Positions 34,946 to 48,057 of a stretch of 64,000 bases of DNA are shown piece after piece (within the stretch, counting starts at the first letter, position 1; every line of letters starts with the position of its first letter). Source of the DNA: Octopus sinensis (Eukaryota). The notes beneath the pieces are model-generated. The model saw only the letters and a list, made by a program, of their open reading frames with translations, had not been told where the DNA came from and did no database searches. The stretch lies in assembly GCF_006345805.1 (NCBI RefSeq), contig NC_042998.1, forward strand, positions 92,194,001-92,258,000, in the 5' to 3' direction. The translations under genes were made by a program, and so were the position numbers.

Positions 34946-35472
34946 ACTGATGCCCCTTATACTCGGTTTTCCTCTTAAATCATTTATACTCTCTCATGTG
35001 AACATGTGTGTGAGTGTATATAAGACCATAGGCATGGTTGTGTGGTAAGCTTTGTGAGTGTATATGGTAGATGAAAACTGAAAGAATCCTGTCGTATATG
35101 TGAGTTACTGTTTTTTGCCTTGACATTGTACAATAGTTGTAAATAAGTGTCGCCATCATGCAAGTAAATATGTCTGTTCATGGGGAAATATTACTTTACT
35201 TGGAAAAGGGTGAGTGTTGGTGACAGGAAGGGCAACTGAGCCCATGCAAGTGGGTGTTAAAATGATGACGAAGATATAGGCCTCATGATTTATTTACAAA
35301 ATATACTTCCTCCTTCTAATGTGGAAGACCTCTTATGACAGTATGAAATTGTAACATTATCACTAACTTCTTAGTCATGGTTAGTGCAAGCAAAACCGGT
35401 CTAGAAGGTAAATATATTATTTCATAAAAACATAAAATTTTTGTTCAACATAAGACTTTTGCTCATTTTATA

Positions 35473-35882
35473 GGCACAGGTGTGGCTGTGTGGTAAGAAG
35501 CTTGCTTCCCAACCACATGGTTCTGGGTTCAGTTCCACTGCGTGACACCTTGGGCAAGTGTCTTCTATAGCCTCAGGCCGACCAAAGCCTTGTAAGTGGA
35601 TTTCGCAAACAGGAATGGAAAGAAGCCAATTGTATATATATATATATATATATATACATACATACACACACACATGTATATGTTTGTGTGTCTGTGTTTG
35701 TGCCCCCACTGTCACTTGACAACCAACGTTGGTGTGTTTATGTCCCCGTAACTTAGCGGTTCGGCAAAAGAGACCAATAGAATAAGTACTAGGTCTACAA
35801 AGAATCCGTGGGTCAATTTGTTCAACAAAAGGTGGTGCTCCAGCATGGCCGCAGTCAAATGACTGAAACAAGTAAAAGAATG
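35473..35882 (+). mobile_element. Near-complete SINE family B (tRNA-like head, CORE-like domain, internal microsatellite)
   Basis: TGGCTGTGTGG...GGTTCAGTTCC head; CACCTTGGGCAAGTGTCTT CORE-like block; (TA)n(CA)n(TG)n; CCAGCATGGCCGCAGTC tail. Confidence 0.85.
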
Positions 35883-36914
35883 AGACAATGAAAGAACTTT
35901 CCTTCTTTTTTATATTCTTCACTACAATTCACTAAGAGAAAAAAGGGAAGTAAAAAGATATCTACCATTTCACTATGTGTGTGTGTATCTATCAATCTAC
36001 CTGTATGTGAGATTATTCAGAAAATATTTGTCAATGTAAGGTAGAAGACAGTTGCTTGAAGTGGCACACTGGGATCAAACCCTAAACCACACAGTTGTAA
36101 AGCAAACTTCTTAACCTCACAGCCACGTCTACACCTATCAGTACTTTTACAAATTTAGACAGGTTACATTCACCTACCATCTATTTGTGTATAATCTGTT
36201 ACATCAAAAGTAAAGCAAGGTTCTAACTTATTGTTCACTGAGCTTTATGTTATAAATATTTCTTGTAATTAACTAAAATATCCAACTGTTTGCAGATGTC
36301 TGAGCATGATGAAGTTAACATGGGATGATCTGTTGCACAGTAACCATTAGTACAGTTGCTGGCAGCCAAGCATTTGAATCAATACTGCAAACTAACCAGT
36401 CACTTGTTAATTATTCTCTACTCCCAGGACAAGTGGACCGGTAGGCTCGTCAGAGCATCTTATTGTGTTTAGTTATGGCTATCAATGTTCTGAGTTCAAA
36501 TTCTTCTGAAATTAGCTTTGTTACTCTTTATTAAATACTTAGCCTTATTATTCCATGTTCACATAAACATATCTTTTACTTGTTTGTCATTTGACTGCAG
36601 CCATGTTGTGGTACTGCCTTGAAGGGTTTTAGTGAAACAAATCAGTCCCAGTAACTATTTCTCTTTTCAAGCCTCGTACTTATTCTCTTGTGATATGAAC
36701 AAGCCAACACTGGTTCTCAAGTGGCGATGTGTAACACACATGCATGCACACAATAGGCTTCCTCATAGTTTTAATCTACCAAATTCATTTACAAGGCATT
36801 GGTTAACCTTGGGCTATAATAGCAGACACCCAATGTGCTGTGCTGTGAGGCTCAGCCTGAAACCCTATGGGAATGAACTTGAAACTATGATGCAAAGCAA
36901 ACTTCTTAACCAAA

Positions 36915-37150
36915 TAGTCTGGAGGAAAAAGCAGTGTCCATGGCTCCTTTGCAAGCTCTCTGGTGTCAGTGAGATTTAAGATTCCTCTGAAAGTTGCAAA
37001 TTGATGCTTACAGGAAAGGATTTCTTGATCAGTCAGTTCTGAGGAACAGAGGCCATAATAGCACTGATAGACAAAGCAAAGAGAGGTGGTAGTACATGAT
37101 TGGCCAGAGGTTGTAGTGTATCTGTGACTGATTTTATGCCAGTCAAGTTG
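36915..37150 (-). mobile_element. CR1-like LINE 3' fragment
   Basis: Minus frames GIKSVTDTLQPLANH and FVYQCYYGLCSSEL; same family as 22590-23035. Confidence 0.65.
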
Positions 37151-40100
37151 CCATTCTCTGGATTTGCATCTGTTTTCCATACTAGTATAGGTTGGATGGT
37201 TTGATAAGAGCCAACAAGCTAGAGGACTGTGCCAAGCTTCAATGTCTGTTTTGCTTTGGTTTCTATGGCTGGATGCCTTTCCTAACACCTGCCACTTCAC
37301 AGAATGTACTTTATGCCTTTTACATGGCACTGGCTATGGAAGCAGATTTATATGCGAGCATCTTTTATTTTCTCTTCTAATAAAAGTATTTCGTATTTTA
37401 TTTTATTGCTTTTTTACATAAGATTCATTATTCCTCAGATATATATGTTAATGGGCATATTCTTCTGAGTCTGTCTTGGTGTTTATTATAATGTTGATTT
37501 CACTTAGAAGAGGGACTATGCTTTTGTATTATTTCCATAAAATTCTTTTCTTGTACCATGAGAATAATTGTTATGCAATCAATGAGTTCTTAACAGCAAT
37601 GATGATGATGATCATTTTAATGCCTGCTTTTCCCATGCTAGCATGGTTTAGATGAGACTTACTGAGTCAGATACCCTTCTTGTTGCCAAACTTTACTTAT
37701 TTCCAAGTAATGTACTTAGTCCTATTGTATTTTGAATTATAACTGCTCAACAGGTAGATACATATTTACAATGGAGACAGCGTGATACTACTTATGCATC
37801 AGTGACATTATTTTATACAATGTGAAAGCAACAAAACACAAATGGAATTGCACTAACACACTCATACAGATGAACTTTCATACAGTTTTTCGCTACCTTT
37901 TTTACACTCTCAAAGTATTGATCAACTCAGGGTTGTAGTAGATGACACTTGCCCACAATGCCATATAGCAGAAGCAAATCAGAAACTACACTGTGGTTAT
38001 GAAGCAACCTGCTTAACCCCACAACTATACCTGTATCTATGATGTTCTTGTAATTCAGTTTTGAGGATGTCTTCATTGCTCTGCTATTGGAGAGCATAAA
38101 AGTAATTGCTCTTTGACTTTGACTAGATTCTTGCAACCTACATAGAACTATTATCTGAGTACTGTATTTTAGATTCTTTATTCAGATTCTTTACCTATCT
38201 TTGCTAGCAATTAGGCCTGCATAGGTATTTACTTCCTACATGTGTGCACATGTCAGTTTTATATATCTTCATCTATATCTTAACTTTTGTTGTTTTCATT
38301 GTTCTTACTTCGTAACCTTAATTAATTAGGTTAACATAAGAACAGCGAACTTGCCTACCTGACACTATTTTTTTTTTACTATGTTCTGAATTAGTTTAGC
38401 ACATATAGTGTTTATACAGTTGTTATTATCAGATATATTAGCTATTTAAATATTGTTATTTCCTCTCTGTTGTATATATAGTGCAGGAGGTTTTGGTAGA
38501 GAGAAGCCGCCACTTTAAATTGACTGTTTTCAACACAATAAATGTTAAGAGAGAGAGGTGAGAAAGAAATGAGGAAAATGAGAAAACTGGAATGTGAAAT
38601 AACATGTTGCTCAGTGGGGGAAAAAAAAGAGGTTTTAAGGAAAAATCTCAATAAGATAATGTATAAAAATGCTGGATTAATGAAATAATGTTGCATATAT
38701 TATTTATGCAAACTGTGTTACGAAGGTTTGACATTGAAACCAGAGTTCTGACATGTAAATAAGATGAATTAATAGCAGTTCTTTCTTCTAAAAGTTTAAA
38801 ATCTTCATGATCATTTAACATTCATTTTTCCATGCTTACATGGGTCAGATGAAGCCCAAGGCAGATTTTTTACTGTTAGATGCCTTCCTGATGCCAACAC
38901 CGACCTGTTTTGAAGCACACTAATAGCCAGATGTTTTTCATGGAAGACTGGAAATGTATAACATCACTTGTTTCAATGATGCTCATATACAATGATGTCA
39001 AGAGTGTGCGCTTGCATGCATGTATACACACACACACACACACACACACACGAAACAGGGTTCTCAAAATTTCCATTTATAAATCTATTCACAAGGTTTA
39101 GTCAGCCCTGGGCTATAATAGAAGACACTTGCCCAAGGTGTAGGCAATGAGACTGGACCCGAGACCAAATGGTTGGGATGCAAGCTTCTTAATCACACTT
39201 CCATGCCTGTGCCTGTATATTAAGAATATTAGAATTCTTTATGAAACTATGAAAAGGAACCAAATCCAATAACCATTTCACAATTAACATGTTATCCATC
39301 ACATACTAGAAGCCTAATTTGCCCTTGTAATCTATTGGCTCTGCAGATTAATGAAGGGTTTTCTATGTGATTACTTGGACTAAAGAAGCATCATCAACAT
39401 GTTCTTTTGAACACCTTAGGGATCCATTATGTGGTTACTTAAAATAATAGTTTTTTTTTATATGGTCACTGAAGCAAAAGAGATCTTCCATATGATTTCT
39501 TGAACTGCTGAAGGGTCCTTAACGAAGTCATTTGAGTTAATAAAGGATCATCTATGTGGTTCCCTGCTCTAACATGGCTGTTCAGCCTGATTGAACTAGT
39601 AACCAAAAGTTGCATTACATCTCTTACTCTATGAAAAATGTAGGATGAACACATACACGTACACAACTACACTACACTAAATATTATGCATGTACAAATA
39701 CAAGTGTGTGTGTGTGTGTGTACATGCAGGCAGGCAGTGAACTTCATTGATTGAGGTTAACTTACAGCTAATAGACTTCATAATTGTTTTTAAATTTCTT
39801 GTATGCAACCGTTCACTTCTTTTCATGAATGTCCTGAGTAATGAATGCTATTAATTCATATTATTTACATGTAAGAACTCTAGTTTCAACTGTAAACCTT
39901 ACAAGCACAGTTTACATAAATTATATATATATATTTATATATATATATGCAATACTATTTCATCAATTCTGTATTCGTTCTTTATCAAAGTGCAATTTTC
40001 CTCTTCCTTGCATTCCCTATGGTTGATTGGGAAAATTATTGATCATAAAATATCAAGCAAGTATTACAGACTGTTGATGTCAGTCTCTGTTGTACTTGAT

Positions 40101-40454
40101 GAAACTTCTCCAATTGCTTAAAACAATGTCTCTTTCATACTCAATTGTTTTGTTGCAAATTTTAACCTGAGACTATTTGCTGTATTACTTCGAATGTTTG
40201 AGTTTTTCTTTCCAATTTTGAATGTAACTTACATTTCGTTTATCATGGCATTACACTGAAAATGAAATTTTGTAAAGATGCAAGTACAGCTGTAGTATTA
40301 AAAGTTCCTGTTGCATTCAAGTATTTTGGGGTTCTTTTCCACTACATGGTATCTTGGGCAGTGCCTTCTACTTTGTAATTTTGGAAAATAGAAACTGTAG
40401 GAAGCCTATAATTTATGTGTGTGTGCACGCACAAATGTATGAGAATGTATGAGG

Positions 40455-40685
40455 GCGGTAAGCTGGCAGAATCGTTAGCATGCTAGGTGAAATGCTTAGT
40501 GGTATTTCGGCTGCTGTTATGTTCTGAGTTCAAATTCTGTTGCAGTCGACTTTACCTTCCATCCTTTTGGGGTTGATTAAATAAGTACCAGTTACACACT
40601 GGGGCCAGTATAATCAACTTAATCCCTTTGTCTGTCCTTGTTAGTCCCCTCTATGTTTATCCCTCTATGGGCAATAAAGAAATAT
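40455..40685 (+). mobile_element. SINE family C
   Basis: GCTGGCAGAATCGTTAGC...GAGTTCAAATTC...GTCGACTTTACCTTCCATCCTTTTGGGGTTGATTAAATAAGTACCAG. Confidence 0.8.
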
Positions 40686-41208
40686 ATGTATGAGAATGTT
40701 GATATCCCACAACTTCACTTTAGTGAGATGGCAATATGTTTATACAGCTGGTTTACATTACAAGTAGTTTTGAAATTTCAAAGCCCTTTGGAAAAAAATC
40801 AATCTCTTAATTGAAAAAATGTGTAAGAGTTAGTGACAGGCAGAGCACCCTGCCATAAAGGCTTTCCCCAGATATGTCCCAGTCCAACCCACACTTACAT
40901 GGAAAAATAGATGTTAAATGAAGAAATGAAATATGTGAGCTAATCTTTGGCTTTATCTGAAGTACCATCAGTATTTAGATTCAATTAAGAGCAGCTGCAA
41001 AAATAAGTTGCCTTGTCCACCTCTTTTCTAAATTTTCTCTTCAGGTGGATAGTACCATCCTAATGAAATAGTCTTGTTCCTTTAGAGATTACTGAAATTG
41101 TTTTTATTTTACATTCAGTAGGAAGCTTTGCTAATCTCTGATCATGCCATATAGAATATTTGTTGTGGTGAAAAAAGCTTGTGTCTATTGCTTTATACAT
41201 TTTTTTAG

Positions 41209-41404
41209 GACAGAAGATGTGGAAACTCCAGCAGTGACTCCCAGGCCAGCAACAGATGAAAAAAGACCTGAATTTATCATTAAACCCAGAAAGCAATTTG
41301 GTGATGTTGGTAAATCAGTCAAGTTCAAGGCATCATTTGAAGGAAAAGGCACCTTACGTTGGGAAAGATATAGCAAAGTCATTGAACAAAGTGAAAAATA
41401 TAAA
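41209..41404 (+). CDS. Host-gene exon: linker plus N-terminal half of I-set Ig domain
   Basis: TTTTTTAG| acceptor, AAA|GTAAGA donor (phase 2 to 0); encodes TEDVETPAVTPRPATDEKRPEFIIKPRKQFGDVGKSVKFKASFEGKGTLRWERYSKVIEQSEKYK. Confidence 0.9.
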
Positions 41405-41647
41405 GTAAGACAATTTTCTTTAACTATTCATTTCAGTTTTTGTTCATAGAGTTATACTTTTAAGTGGATGTTTAAATCCTTTCTTTAGATTCAAATCTTT
41501 CATGTGAGTGTAATCTACAGTCAGTTTACAGCTATGGTTTTCTTTGAATTTTTTTCCTTAAGAATTAACTCTCTTATAGAGTGTGTTTGTCTATGTGTAC
41601 ATGTGTTTGTGTATGTACACATATATATAATATGTACATATATATAT

Positions 41648-42010
41648 ATCATCAGCATCATTGTTTCAATATTCATTCTCAATGCTTGCATGGGTCAGAC
41701 TGAATTTTGCTGAGGCAGGTTTTTTTCGATCGGATGGTGCTTTTTACAAGCCACCACCACGGAAGCCAGTCAAGGCAGCGCTGGCATCAGCCATGTTCGG
41801 ATGGTGCTTTTTACGTGCTACTGGCATGGGGCTCACAACTACAATTTCCATTTGATTTGATTTTGATAATGTTGATGTACTTGACTCAATAGGTCTCCTC
41901 AAGCACGTCATGTTGCCCTATGATCCAAGGTACTTTTGAGTGGGCTGGTTATGCAACACTGGTGTAGGTTACAGCTGTGGACTCACTTTATTTGCTGGGT
42001 CTTCTCAGTC
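41648..42010 (-). mobile_element. RTE 3' end fragment
   Basis: (CAT)n-like tail and 3' UTR motifs shared with 17026-17525 and 23037-23340. Confidence 0.75.
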
Positions 42011-42654
42011 AGATTCCTAGTTTCTAATGTACATAACTGTAGGTAGTAAGCATCACTCCCATTCTACTTCTCAACGGTTTAGCACCAGATAATTCAGTGC
42101 AAAAACAATTCAGTGCAGGACATCTTATTGAATTTAGGTAAAGGTTATTTTGTATGGGCGTGTGTATATGTTTTTTTTTTTTTTTGCTGGTGTTTGTTTC
42201 ATATATATGTATGCTTTTTGTTTATGTATAGTTAATCTATTCTATGACTGCTGTGTTTGTAGGTTGCATGTGCATTAGATATACTATCAACACCAATATA
42301 ATGTAATAATAATTGCATATATTTCATGCACTGAATTGTCTATTTGCTAAATTGTCGGTATTCCTTCTCAACCATATCCTAATTCTGCTTTTAAAAGTAT
42401 ATATTTATATTTCATTACTTCAATTTTATATACACACCCACGTATACACAAGATAGATTATTGGCTTTTATGAATAAAGAAATATATATATCTTTAATTT
42501 TGTAAAAAGCTATTATTTATCTTTGGTTTTTTTTTTTATTAATTCTAATGCTAAAATATAAAAATTCAGTAAAATAAGAATATGCATACTTCCTTTATAT
42601 TTATGCATTAAAATGTGCATTTTGCTAGTTGGTTATATATATATATCTCTTTTA

Positions 42655-42724
42655 CGAGGGGTGTATGAAAAGTCTTGAGCCTCAAAAAACAAAACATGGT
42701 ACAAAACTTTTCATACACCTCTCG
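42655..42724. mobile_element. 70-bp mariner-type mini-MITE
   Basis: TA TSDs (42653-54, 42725-26); 19-bp TIRs CGAGGGGTGTATGAAAAGT / ACTTTTCATACACCTCTCG (18/19). Confidence 0.85.
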
Positions 42725-43360
42725 TATTTGACATCTCATTTTGATCAGGTCAGTGAAGTAATATAAACTCGTGCCTAATTTGCTTATGCTGACTCCACCT
42801 ATGCAATTAGTGTGACCGTGAAGTATCTCATTAAATAATAAAATTAGATGGTATACGCCTTTTACACACTCACATATACCAAGTCTATGTTGTACTATTT
42901 CTATCCAGCTGCTTCTCACATGTTAAGTATCCTTTTGACACTGTTAACCCAGAGATCTCTATCTCAACGATATCTCTATTCACCTTCTTAGAGTTCAGCT
43001 CCTCTTCTCAACTTACAAAAATGATCATTTCCCCTGGTTAATTCTGAACAGTAAACAAGTATATTTCTGTTCACACTAACTTTCAATTTTATTATTTTTG
43101 ATCTCGAGCTATAAAATGAAATCCAAGTTCCTGTAAAGCAGCTATCTAAAGCCTACATTCCCGAGTGAATGTAATATGAATAATTACTAGTCCACACAGC
43201 TGTTTTCTGTAACCTCGTAAACATACCTTTATTCAGGTCTTCAAATAAAAAATATAACTTGTTGGTTTTAGCTAACAACTCTGTCATTGGATGAATCAGC
43301 AAAGGAATCTTTACACTCTCAATTTCTTTCTTTTTCTTTCTTTTTCAAGTACATTACATG

Positions 43361-43830
43361 CAGGCTTGGATGTGTAGTTTAGAATTCTACTTTCCAACCA
43401 CATAGTTTTAGGTTCACCCCTACTGCATGGTATCTTGGGCAAGTATCTTCCACTATAGTCCCAGGCTGACTGAAGCATTGTAAGTGAATTTGGTTGATAG
43501 AAACTGAAAGAAGCTTGTGGAGAAGTGGCAATTGGTTGTACTTGATGAAAGTCAAGCTAAGTAAAATTTCTGTCTTCCATACAGCAGGCTTGTTCTGTCA
43601 GGTGCTGGTGTCACATAAAAAGCACTTGTGCTGGTGTTACATAAATGCACCGCCAATGGCACATAAAAAGCACACAGCACACTAAGTGGTTGGTGTTAGG
43701 AAGGGCATCCAACCATAGAAACAATGTCAAAACAGACAACTGGAGTCTGGACAGCTCCCTGGCAGCAGCCAGCTCCATGTCAAACTGTCCAACCCATGCC
43801 AGCATGGAAAGCAGATGTTAAATGATGATT
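43361..43830 (+). mobile_element. SINE family B head followed by RTE 3' end
   Basis: Head and core at 43361-43520; RTE tail ...CCCATGCCAGCATGGAAAGCAGATGTTAAATGATGAT at 43790-43830. Confidence 0.7.
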
Positions 43831-44121
43831 ATATATATGTATATATATATATTATTTGTTTCAGTCATTTGACTGCAGTCATGCCGGAGCACCACTTTTA
43901 GTCAAACAAATCGACTCCAGGACTTATTCTTTGTAAGCCTAGTACTTATTCTATTGGTCTCTTTTGCTGAACCATTAAGTTACGGGGAACGTAAAATTTT
44001 TTCTGTAATGAGATAACAAACCAAGGCTGAGTAGATTTTAGAACATTTATAAATAGGTCTTACAGCTGTTTCTAGGATATTTATTATATCCCTTCATCGG
44101 AAACGGTGTGATATATATATT

Positions 44122-44181
<60 letters not shown>

Positions 44182-44789
44182 GCTTCTTCAGTTTCCATCT
44201 CCCATATCCACTCACAAAGCTTTGGTCAGCCTGATGCTATAGTAGAAGATACTTGCCCAAGGTGCCATGTGGTTGGTAAGCAAGCTTCTTATAATGCAGC
44301 CACTCCTGCGTGGGTTTAATGCTCTTAGCTTAGAATTTTTGGGGACAACCAGATTGAACCATCTCAAGTCCGAAAAGGTTGTGACTTCTGGTACTTTACT
44401 GAAGAAAGAAAGCCAAGAATGACCCATCTTTTATGCCTGTCCTTCTAATTGTTGTTTCTCTTGTCCGCCTTTGTGTTGTCTATCTGTCCGAACGTTTTAA
44501 TGCTATCTATTGCGTTTTTGTTCCATTTTTATACATACATACATATATGATGTTATATATATATGATGTTGGTTTATGTGTGCTAGTTTATTACCCCTTG
44601 TCTTGACATTATGATAGTTGTAAATTAGTGTCATTATCATACAAGCAGTCATTTGTTTCCACCTTACTTGGAAATAGATAAGAGTTAGTAACAGGAAGGG
44701 CATCCAGCCATTGAAAATCTGCTTTAATAAACTTCATCTACAAGTATGGAAAAGTGGATGTCAGGAAGCTGATATATATGTGTGCAAGG

Positions 44790-45185
44790 CAATGAACTTG
44801 CAGAATCGTTAGTACACCAGGCAAAATGTTTAATGGTATTTTGTCTGAGAGTTTGAACTCTACTGAGGTCGACTTTACCTTTTATCTTTCTGTGGTTGAT
44901 TAAATAAGCACCAGTTGAATACTGGGGGAGATGTAATCGACTAGCCCCCTCTCTCGAAATTTCACACCCTGTGTCTATAATAGAAAGGATATCGTGTTTG
45001 TGTTTGGTTCCCAACCACTCTTAACAACCAGTATTGGTTTGTTTACATCCCTGTAACTCAGCAGTTTAGCGAAAGAGACCATTAGATTTAGTACCAGATT
45101 TAAAAAAATAAGTACTGGGGTCAGCTTGTTTGACTAAGCTTAGTATGGCTGCAGTCCAGTGACTGAAACAAGTAAAGGATAAAAG
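44790..45185 (+). mobile_element. SINE family C followed by family B 3' half
   Basis: C-type GAGGTCGACTTTACC block, then B-type ...GACTGAAACAAGTAAAGG tail. Confidence 0.65.
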
Positions 45186-45382
45186 ATCATCATCATCATC
45201 ATTGTTTAACGTCCGCCTTCCATGCTGGCATGGGTTGGACGATTTTGACTGAGGGCTGGCGAGCCAGATGGCTGCACCAGGCTCCAATCTTGATCTGGCA
45301 GAGTTTCTACAGCTGGATGCCCTTCCTAACGCCAACCATTCCGAGAGTGTAGTGGGTGCTTTTTACGTGCCACCAGCACGGC
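45186..45382 (-). mobile_element. Young RTE 3' terminal fragment
   Basis: (CAT)5 tail; CpGs largely intact (AACGTCCGCC, TAACGCCAACC). Confidence 0.85.
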
Positions 45383-45603
45383 ATAAACTTGATATTTTGA
45401 ATGATAAAGTCCTTGAAACACTGCAACTGAAAAACGATAGGGTGATCATTGCTGGAACACCTTTTTATAGATTTACTTGTTCAGAGTTGGTTTGGAGCTA
45501 AACAACAACAATTATTTAACTGGAATATAACTTCTACAGTGTTGCACAAAATCAAACTAGATATCAGAAATCTTCAGCATTTTCTCAACTGCTTTATTAC
45601 TCG

Positions 45604-45663
45604 GTCCATGAATTAATTTTCTCTCACTCTCTCGTCCATGAATTAATTTTCTCTCACTCTCTC
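45604..45663. repeat. Perfect 30-bp tandem duplication
   Basis: GTCCATGAATTAATTTTCTCTCACTCTCTC x2. Confidence 0.95.
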
Positions 45664-46603
45664 ACTACACACCCACACCCAAGATCTAATTTACTCCAAC
45701 AGATGTTGGCTGAGGACTGCACGCACACACACTCTTTCTCTCTCTCACATACTTGCAGGATATAGTTTTGTTCGACAGATGGTAACTGATATATATATAT
45801 ATGTATATAGAAAGTCAGCATGCACACACACACATTTATGTATTTCTAAATTAACATCTGTTGAACTTAATTATATCGTACTGCTAACTGATCAAGTTAC
45901 CCATAGATTGATTGAACATTCAATTATCTGTATACTGTTGAAAAGTGTATTAAGTAGGGGCAAAAATTGTTACCCATTTCAGGATTGACACTAAGTTGGC
46001 CATGTGAACCTTAACTGTTCATAGGATGGAATTTATCTCTAGTTTTTATGGTGTTAAGTAAGTGAGACTTTATGCCTAAGAAACTAGTCTATTACCAATA
46101 ATTTTCACCAGAACTTTTGGTACCTGTTTCTGACTGTTAGGTGAATAGTCATATAGAAAAAACTGCTCTACGCAGAGACTAAACAAGATGTCTGTGATAG
46201 ATTTGAACTCCTGATACATGTATTTGTAATCCAATAGCTTATACGGTCCCTCATGTTGAGTCTTCTTAAGCTTCCAAGTCAGTATTTTCATATTTCACAG
46301 TTGCATGGCTTGTTAAGTTAAATCTACAAACTATTCACGTAATGTGTACACTGAGTGTGTTATCTTTGAAATTAGAAATTTAGACTCATTTAAGGAATAT
46401 ATCGGCTGAGATACCAGCAACTCGTAGAACTTTGTGACTAACATTGCATATGTTCATCTGGGAGAATAAATTGATACTAAAGCCTTAGTGTGAATTATAG
46501 GGGGCTGAGCAAAGAATTTAGTCTGGCAGGTAAGACACAGTGATGATGTTGGGAGGAGAGATGGTTGGGTCAGTTGGGTCTGAATAATGCAGTTAGTTCA
46601 TAA

Positions 46604-46994
46604 GATGAAGATGAAAGCACTCCGTCGGTTACGACGACGAGGGTTCCGGTTGATCCAAATTAACGGAACAGCCTGCTCGTGAAATTAACGTGTAAGTGGC
46701 TGAGCACTCCACAGACACGTGTACCCTTAACGTAGTTCTCGGGGATATTCAGCGTGACACAGAGAGTGACAAGGCCGGCCCTTTGAAATACAAGGTACAA
46801 CAGAAACAGGAAGTAAGAGTGAGAGAAAGTTGTGGTGAAAGAGTACAGCAGGGATCACCACCATCCCCTGCCGGAGCCTCGTGGAGCTTTAGGTGTTTTC
46901 GCTCAATAAACACTCACAACGCCCGGTCTGGGAATCGAAACTGCGATCCTATGACCGCGAGTCCGCTGCCCTAACCACTGGGCCATTGCGCCTC
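46604..46994 (-). mobile_element. Young tRNA(Arg)-like SINE
   Basis: Box A TGGCCCAGTGG (46975-85), box B GTTTCGATTCC (46931-41); 3' part shared with 65-389; CpG-rich. Confidence 0.85.
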
Positions 46995-47927
46995 AGCAGA
47001 AGTCATTATAGTATCAGAATAAGAAATAATGAGAAATTATTGTTAGTGCTGAGGATTAGTGCATTCTTGAACTCTGGTATTGGCATTGATTCCATTATTG
47101 TTAGTAACATAATGGAGTCAAGTTCTAAGGATCCATGCTTGTCTGTTTATTGTAGAGTGTCTTGTGCTTGAAAGTAAAGTTGTAACTCTGTATTATTAAT
47201 AGAAATAAGTTTTGACAACTTTATAACTTGAATGACAGTAAATTTAAAAGAAGGATTTTTCAGGTATCTACTTACTTTCAGGAATATGATATTTTAAATT
47301 TAATGCATCAGATATTCATATTTTCTGTTTTTAATGATCAATTTCAATGTTATATATTACATACAATTATAAGATCTAGTAATTAGAAAGTGAATAAATT
47401 TAAAACATCTGTTTCTATGAAATATCTCTTTGTAGTTACTTTGGCCATAGAGTTAAGTAGAGCATATTCCATCGTTTAAAGTGTTAATTTTCTCATATTT
47501 GGTGATAAAGAATTTAGTTTATTAATTTGAAATCTCAAGGCTGAAATATGTAGTTTTTCACATAAAAATCACATGCTTTGAACAAAGACTTAGAAAATAA
47601 AACAAAAAAAAAACCAACAAAAAACAAGTGAATATTATTCATAAGATTTATAACATTGTCATATATATATATATATATATATACAAAGGTGTCAATAAAG
47701 AAGGTACAAGTTCAATTTTCTCTTGGCTAATATTTTTTATTTAATTTTTGTTCACAAGGTGGGGGGGAACACAAACCCTATTTACTGTTCAACTCCAGCT
47801 AAGCTTTAACCAAAAAGAAAGTAAGTCTAAATCTAAATGAATTACTAATCCATTTGTTTTTTCTTTTTTTTTTTGCCAATTGTGCTTTTTTTTAAATTTG
47901 AACTGTGTATTTTTTTAACACTCACAG

Positions 47928-48057
47928 CTTTACCGATCGTTGGACTTTAACTATTTGGAAATTAATTCAGTTGAGCTCTCAGATGCTGGAATTTATATAT
48001 GTATTGTTGAAAATGATCTGGGATGTGATACAGCAAGTGCAGTTCTTGAGGTTTTTG
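47928..48057 (+). CDS. Host-gene exon: C-terminal half of I-set Ig domain
   Basis: CTCACAG| acceptor, TTG|GTAAGT donor (phase 0 to 1); LYRSLDFNYLEINSVELSDAGIYICIVENDLGCDTASAVLEVF contains the D-x-G-x-Y-x-C and N-x-x-G motifs. Confidence 0.92.

Noticed and set aside
46076-46291. GPYKLL motif as LTR-retrotransposon integrase tail
   Set aside because: Isolated short motif; no other integrase features or LTRs.
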